A stretch of 55,497 nucleotides of DNA from NCBI RefSeq assembly GCF_006345805.1, contig NW_021833592.1, positions 1-55,497 of the forward strand, read 5' to 3'. Of the stretch, positions 48,735 to 55,497 are shown in pieces. The notes under the pieces are model-generated. The model was not told where the DNA came from and did no database searches. It saw nothing but the letters and a program-made list of their open reading frames with translations. The position numbers and the translations under genes are program-made. Source of the stretch: Octopus sinensis. Taxonomy: Eukaryota. Numbering within the stretch: the stretch's first letter is position 1; every line of letters starts with the position of its first letter.

Positions 48735-49020
48735 GCCCTTTTCAAGACTAGCCAGGCTCATGGGCCCGGTTTCCTGGTTTCTGTGGCGTATGTGTTACCC
48801 CCAGCTGGGCAGGACGCCAGTCCACCACAGTGTTACTCTAGAAACAGGAAGAGAGAGTGAGAGAAAGTTGTGGCGAAAGAGTACAACAGGGGTCGCCACT
48901 ACCCCCTGTTGGAGCCTCATGGAGCTTTTAGGTGTTTTTGCTCAATAATCACTCACAAGGCCCAGTCTGGGTATTGAAACCGCGAGCCTGCTGCCCTAAC
49001 CACTGGGCCATTGCACCTCC
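48735..49020 (-). mobile_element. SINE with family C head/body but a different tail
   Basis: 48850-49020 matches family C; 48735-48850 does not. Confidence 0.75.
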
Positions 49021-49068
49021 TATATATCATTATATATATATATATTTATATATATATATATATATATA

Positions 49069-49385
49069 CCGGAGTAAACACATAAATGTGAAACAAGGTG
49101 GAAAAAAGAGTACTCAAATACCAGTGGTAGAGTAATATGCTTTATTTAAAGAAGCAGAAAATTCAACAAAACCTGTTACTCTGAGTTTCCCGTTGCCGTT
49201 CGTCGGACAGTTTTTGCTACAATGGAACCGATATGTGGATTCTATCCAGACTATTGGTGTAGCGTTTGCAATAGTCTGGATAGAAGCCACATATCGGTTC
49301 CATTGTAGCAAAAACTGTCCGACGAACGGCAACGGGAAACTCAGAGTAACAGTTTTTGTTGAATTTTCTGCTGCTTTAAATAAAG
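49069..49385. repeat. (TA)n-embedded repeat ending in a 117-bp-arm hairpin
   Basis: 49140-49256 vs 49269-49385; the 49069-49150 leader is shared with 41686-41773. Confidence 0.9.
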
Positions 49386-49627
49386 TATATATATATATAT
49401 AGACATACACATATATCATTATATAGAGGAAGCAGTGGAGAATGGTGATATCATCTTCCTATTCCATTGAAAGAGAAACAACAAATTCCAGTAGGAAATT
49501 TCCCATTCATTGTATCTTTTATCTCTTAATTTCCGGTGTTTTATCAAATCCCAAACTGACAACAATCGTGAAATATAGGTCATCTTAAGCAAAAACAACA
49601 AGAAAATGAAAAAAAATAAACAAACAT

Positions 49628-51092
49628 AGGTGCAGGAGTGGCTATGTGGTAAGTAGCTTTCTAACCAACCACATGGTTCCGGGTTCAGTCCCACTGCTTG
49701 GCATCTTGGGCAAGTGTCTTCTGCTATAGCCCCGGGCCGACCAATGCCTTGTGAGTGGATTTGGTAGATGGAAACTAAAAGAAGCCTGTCATATATATAT
49801 ATATGTATGTGTGTGTGTGTTTGTGTGTCTGTGTTTGTTCCCCTAGCATTGCTTGACAACCGATGCTGGTGTGTTTACGTCCCCGTCACTTAGCGGTTTG
49901 GCAAAAGAGACTGATAGAATAAGTACTGGCTTACAAAAGAATAAGTCCCGGGGTCGATTTGCTCGACTAAAAAGGCGGTGCTCCAGCATGGCCGCAGTCA
50001 AATGACTGAAACAAGTAAAAAAGTAACACATGGTTCCGGGTTCAGTTTCACTGCGTGGCACCTTGGGCAAGTGTCTCTGCTATAGCCCCGGGCCGACCAA
50101 TGCCTTGTGAGTGGATTTGGTAGACGGAAGCTAAAAGAAGCCTGTCGTATATATGTATGTGTGTGTGTGTTTGTCCCCTTAGCACTGCTTGACAACTGAT
50201 GCTGGTGTGTTTACGTCCCCGTCACTTAGCGGTTTGGCAAAAAAGAGACCGATAGAATAAGTACTGGGCTTACAAAAAGAATAAGTCACGGGGTCGATTT
50301 GCTCGACTAAAAAGGCGGTGCTCCAGCATGGCCGCAGTCAAATGACTGAAACAAGTAAAAGAGTAACACATGGTTCTGGGTTCAGCCCCACTGCGTGGCA
50401 TCTTGGGCAAGTGTCTTCTGCTATAGCCCCGGGCCGACCAATGCCTTGTGAGTGGATTTGGTAGATGGAAACTGAAAGAAGCCTGTCGTATATATGTATA
50501 TATATATATATGTATGCGTGTGTGTGTTTGTGTGTCTGTGTCTGTCCCCCTAGCATTGCTTGACAACCGATGCTGGTGTGTTTACGTCCCCGTCACTTAG
50601 CGGTTTGGCAAAAAAGAGACCGATAGAATAAGTACTGGGCTTACAAAAGAATAAGCCCCGGGGTCGAGTTGCTCGACTAAAAAAGGCGGTGCTCCAGCAT
50701 GGCTGCAGTCAAATGACTGAAACAAGTAAAAGAGTAACACATGGTTCCGGGTTCAGCCCCACTGCGTGGCATCTTGGGCAAGTGTCTTCTGCTATAGCCC
50801 CGGGCCGACCAATGCCTTGTGAGTGGATTTGGTAGACGGACACTGAAAGAAGCCTATCGTATATATATATATATGCGTTTGTGTGTCTGTGTTTGTCCCC
50901 CTAGCATTGCTTGACAACCGATGGTGGTGTGTTTACGTCCCCGTCATCTAGCGGTTTGGCAAAAAAGTGACCGATAGAATAAGTACTGGGCTTGCAAAAA
51001 GAATAAGTCCCGGGGTCGATTTGCTCGACTAAAAGGCGGTGCTCCAGCATGGCCGCAGTCAAATGACTGAAACAAGTGAAAGAGTAAAGAGA
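49628..51092 (+). mobile_element. Four tandem SINE family A units (~340-370 bp)
   Basis: Units 2-4 start at acacatggttc (~50024, 50364, 50735) directly after the tail aaaagagta. Confidence 0.9.
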
Positions 51093-51244
51093 ATCGGAAA
51101 TAAGCTGATAAAAATAGATAAATGTTTATTCATTTATTTCATAATATAAGCAAACGATAAATGATATGGTTGGTTACAAGGTCGCAACGAGATATGCTGC
51201 AGGGACACCAGAGAACAAAGAATAAATGTGTCGTTATCTATGGC

Positions 51245-51490
51245 GGTGGGCTGGCTGAGTCATAGCACGTCAGGCAAAAAATTGCATAACAGCATTTTTG
51301 CTTTGTCTTTGGATTCCGAGTTCAAATACCTCCGAGGTTCTTTTTTTTTTTTTTTCTTTTTGCCTTTCATCCTTTCGGGATAGATAAATTAAGTACCAGT
51401 TGCGTACTGGGGGGGTCGATTAGATCGACTTGCTCCCCCCTCCCTCCCTCCACCCCAAATTTCAGGCCTTGTGCCATTAGTAGAAAGGAC
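51245..51490 (+). mobile_element. Diverged SINE family D
   Basis: ggctgagtcatagcacgtcagg...gagttcaaatacctccgaggtt...gcctttcatcctttcgggatagataaattaagtaccag. Confidence 0.65.
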
Positions 51491-51519
51491 TACTACTACT
51501 ACTAACTACTACTACTAGG

Positions 51520-51860
51520 ATCTTTTCGGTTTGACCCACAGTTTTTTCTAGCGGTGTCATATGAAATTGTCACCCATAATTATGACCCTAGTATCGATCT
51601 ATTGCATTTCAATCTGTTTTAGGGTTAGGGTTAGAGTTAGGGTTATGGTTAGGTGTGGGGGAAGGGTATCTTTTTTCTTCACAAATGTAAATAAACCCAA
51701 TCTGTTTCTTAAACGAGGGACGTATTCATACGGCACAGAATGTTTTTCACCTCAATAGACGTCATTGATTGGTTGAAATTGCAGAAATTGAAGAAAAAAT
51801 AAAAAAACAAATATCTTACAAACACATTCTACCAGTATACGAAGTTTAAAAGTGTTTAAT
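51520..51860. repeat. Unclassified element with a short degenerate (TTAGGG)~6 tract at ~51618-51652
   Basis: ttagggttagggttagagttagggttatggttagg. Confidence 0.5.
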
Positions 51861-51861
51861 T

Positions 51862-52918
51862 ACTCTCTTTACTCTTGACTTTTTTACTTGTTTCAGTCAT
51901 TTGACTGCGGCCATGCTGGAGCACCGCCTTTAGTCGAGCAACTCGACCCCGGACTTATTCTTCTGTAAGCCCAGTACTTATTCTATCGGTCTCTTTTGCC
52001 GAACGCGAGTAACGAGGACATAAACACACCAGCAGTGGTTGTCAAGCAATGCTAGGGGAACAAACACAGACACACAACACACACCACACATGCATATATA
52101 TATATATATATATACATATATACGACGAGCTTCTTTCAGTTTCTGTCTACCAAATCCACTCACAAGGCTTTGGTCGGCCCGAGGCTATAGTAGAAGACAC
52201 TTGCCCAAGGTGCCCCGCAGTGGGACTGAACCCGGAACCATGTGGTTGGTTAGCAAGCTACTTACCACACAGCCACTCCTGCGCCTAGAAATTATTTTAA
52301 AAAACTGCCTTTCAAACTGAAAAGATCCCTACTGCTACTACTACTACTTCTACTACTACTACCACCACCACCACTGAACCCTGAACCGTGTGGTCGGGAA
52401 GCTAACTTCTTGACCCTACTTAGAAACCACTTTCGCAAATCCCCAATGCTGCAAAATTGCCAGCAAAAACCCCAGCATAAAAGCGAATTTAACAATTTTT
52501 GCGTGGGTTTCTTTCTTTTGTTCTTTTACTTGTTTCAATCATTTGACTGCGGCCATGCTGGAGCACCGCTTTTAATTGAGCAACTCGACCCCCGGGACTT
52601 ATTCTTTTGTAAGCCCAGTACTTATTCTATCGGTCTCTTTTGCCGAACCGCTAAGTAATGGGGACGTAAACACACCAGCATCGGTTGTCAAGCAATGTTG
52701 GGGGGACAAACACAGACACACAAACACACACACGCATATATATATATATATACATATATGCGACGGGCTTCTTTCAGTTTCCGTCTACCAAATCCACTCA
52801 CAAGGCATTGGTCGGCCCGGGGCCATAGCAGAAGTCACTTGCCCAAGATGCCACACAATGGGACTGAACCCGGAACCATGTGGCTGGTTAGCAAGCTACT
52901 TACCACACAGCCACTCCT
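51862..52918 (-). mobile_element. Two SINE family A copies (51862-52285, 52520-52918)
   Basis: Reverse complement of 22148-22563. Confidence 0.9.
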
Positions 52919-53369
52919 TGTTTTTTAGATACAAAAATCAGCAAAAATTATAAAAATCGTTCAGTAAAATATAATCATGTTTGGTGACAGACGGTTGATA
53001 TGAAATATCGAAAATAATCAGAAAATATCAGGATTTATCAGTTCTTAACTCCTTCCGACCCTCACGTAACTCTTATCAATAGAGATCATCCTATATAACT
53101 TATCAGGTATTGAACAATACAGATAGACAAAGATTTCGTTGTTGTGTGTGTGAGTCATGTCGCTGGAAATAGTATATTCTGCTCTACATAGGTGCACATG
53201 TGACTGTGTGATTAAGAAGTTTGCTTCCAACCACATGGTTCTGGGTTCAGTCCCACTACAAGGCACCTTGGACAAGTGTCTTCTGCTACAGTGTCGGGCC
53301 GACCAAAGCCTTGTGAGTGGATTTGGTTGGCGGAAACTGAAAGAATCCTGTCGTATAATATGTAGTGTA

Positions 53370-53408
<39 letters not shown>

Positions 53409-53430
53409 TATATATATATATATATATATA

Positions 53431-53608
53431 AAGGAAAAGTTTAGAAAAAAACAAAAGACAAAGACAGATGGTGTACAAAACAAACAGATGTATTAGTATA
53501 GGAAGAGAAAAAGTCTTTTACATTTCGAGCCCACGCTCTTCTACAGAAAGGGACACAGAAGAAAAAACAAGGTGAGAAAAAAATGTGTGTAGTGGCTAAC
53601 GACCTATC

Positions 53609-53661
<53 letters not shown>

Positions 53662-54005
53662 AGAGTTTACGAAAAAAACAAAAGATGAGAGACAGTGGTG
53701 TACAAAACAAACAGATGTATTAGTATAGGAAGAGAAAAAGTCTTTTACATTTTGAGCCTACGCTCTTCTACAGAAAGGGACACAGAAGAAAAAACAAGGT
53801 GAGAAAAAAATGTGTGTAGTGGCTAACGATCTATCATATATATATATATATTATATATATAGGGAGAGTTTACGAAAAAAACAAAAGATGAAGACAGGTG
53901 GTGTACAAAACAAACAGAAATATTAGTATAACGCTCAGGAAGAGAAAAGGTCTTTTACATTTCGAGCCTACGCTCTTCTACAGAAAGGGACACAGAAAAA
54001 AAACA
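53431..54005 (-). repeat. Three tandem ~180-bp units separated by (TA)n, each with a hammerhead-like motif
   Basis: Units at 53431, 53658, 53861; minus-strand CTTT CTGTAGA A GAGC-NNNN-GCTC GAAAT GT A AAAG at 53514-53551 and 53951-53988; GAAA mutated to AAAA in 53741-53778. Confidence 0.7.
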
Positions 54006-54029
54006 AATATATGTGTATGTATGTATATG

Positions 54030-54343
54030 TGTTGTATGCAGTCATGTGTGGGACGGATCCATCTATTGGCCGAATCTGTAGAGATGATTACACTGTCGCC
54101 CTCGGGTAATCGGGTAAGCAAAGCAGTTTTCCAAAAGAGGTTGTTTGATGGACAAGGCTGAAAGGCACAAGGATAGATACATTCCTCTTTGGTAGAGCTC
54201 TCATTGACTTTTTCAAGTGTCACTCGAATAGGAATCTGAGAGTGGAGAGTGAAGTGCTGTCCTCGAGTGGGTTTATTGAAAGGTGGGCGAAAGCTGTGAA
54301 AATGGCAAGAGTGGATGGTACCTCTCTAAGAGTGGACCTGTGA
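54030..54343 (+). pseudogene. Possible L1/Tx1-clade ORF2 C-terminal remnant
   Basis: KEVV*WTRLKG...LIDFFKCH...RVESEVLSSSGFIERW..RVDGTSLRVDL*; recognised only by loose motif resemblance. Confidence 0.4.
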
Positions 54344-54471
54344 GTCGGAGAGAAGGAATTGGAGAGGGCACTTGGTCTTAGGGTTTCAGGGAAAACTCGG
54401 ACAGTGGGGTTTCTCGATTATCCCTAGAAGCCTTCCTGTATCAGAAAGGCCACATCTTTATCATCCTCTTC

Positions 54472-54687
54472 TTTTACTCTTTCACTTGTTTCAGTCATTT
54501 GACTGCGGCCATGCTGGAGCACCGTTTTTAGTCAAGCAAATTGACCCCAGGACTTATTCTTTTGTAAGCCTAGTACTTATTCTATCGATCTTTTTTGCCG
54601 ACCCGCTAAGTGAAGGGGACATAAACACACCAGCATTGGGTGTTAAGCGATGTTGGGGGACAATCACAGACACACAAAAACACACAC

Positions 54688-54718
<31 letters not shown>

Positions 54719-54719
54719 C

Positions 54720-54751
<32 letters not shown>

Positions 54752-54908
54752 CGACAGGCTTCTTTCAGTTTCCATCTACCAAATCTACTCACAAGGCTTT
54801 GGTCGACCTGAGGCTATAGTAGAAGACATACTTGCCCAAGGTGCCACGCAGTGGGACTGAACCCGGAACCATGTGGTTGGTAAGCAGGCTACTTACCACA
54901 CAGCCACC
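54472..54908 (-). mobile_element. SINE family A
   Basis: Reverse complement of 22148-22563. Confidence 0.9.
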
Positions 54909-55154
54909 CCTCCACCCTTTTTTTAAAAACCTTTGTATGCTATGCATATGACCCTTCCTTTTCATTGTATACCATGCATGCTTACTTTCTTTATATCATT
55001 TCATTATATTTAAACCCCCCACACACTCACACACACTTTATATCTGTTTCTGTATTGTCCCTGCTCATCCTTCACCCTGGTGGCAAATAAATGAAATTAT
55101 CGTCATTATTATTATTATTATCATCATCATCATCATCTCATCATCATCATCATT

Positions 55155-55330
55155 ATTATTCTGAGTTCAAATTCCGCCGAGGTTGACTTTGCCTTTCATC
55201 CCTTTCGGGGTCGATTAAATAAGTACCAGTTACGCACTGGGGTCAATGTAATCGACTTAATCCGTTTGTCTGTCCTTGCTTGTTCTCTCTGTGTTTAGCC
55301 TCTTGTGGGTAGTAAAGAAATAGGTATTTC
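55155..55330 (+). mobile_element. SINE family D 3' part
   Basis: Nearly identical to 15020-15190. Confidence 0.8.
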
Positions 55331-55380
55331 ATCTGTCCTTATGTTCATTTCATTATATCTAAACCCCCCCACACACACAC

Positions 55381-55445
55381 TTGGTGTAGTGGTTAAGAGT
55401 GTAGGCTACTAACCCCAAGATTACGAGTTCGATTCCAAGCAATGA

Positions 55446-55495
<50 letters not shown>

Positions 55496-55497
55496 CA
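55381..55497 (+). mobile_element. SINE family E head + (TAA)n, cut by the window end
   Basis: tggtgtagtggttaagagtgtaggctactaaccccaagattacgagttcgattccaagc matches 37268-37335. Confidence 0.75.

Noticed and set aside
2225-54860. Recurrent peptides such as CGHAGAPPL and GLNPEPCGW as a protein family
   Set aside because: Incidental frames of SINE family A.

Overview
Eukaryotic, repeat-saturated, non-genic DNA. I can support no intact host gene, tRNA/rRNA gene or CRISPR array. The SINE families and extreme microsatellite load suggest an octopus (cephalopod) genome; this is inference from recalled repeat families, not a database match. Contents: at least five tRNA-headed SINE families (the commonest has about 25 full or partial copies); 3' remnants of R4/Dong-like, RTE, CR1-like and possibly Tx1/L1 LINEs; a full-length dead mariner; MITEs; two non-autonomous Helitrons; long microsatellites; and several tandem arrays made from pieces of transposons, including a 5.7-kb 40-bp satellite derived from the last codons of a Tc1/mariner transposase. 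The most interesting signals are (1) hammerhead-ribozyme-like folds in short (TA)n/(TAA)n-associated repeats, including a family with a CUGUNGA core variant in tandem and a tRNA-headed SINE ending in a hammerhead; (2) recurrent 70-120-bp-arm fold-back hairpins beside TA tracts; (3) repeated partial tandem amplification of TE segments, often at microhomologies; (4) a 5'-inverted RTE whose 3' end matches the tail of a SINE family in the same window. Coordinates were read by eye and are approximate (about +/-10 bp) unless given to the base. Family labels A-E, T and G are my own.
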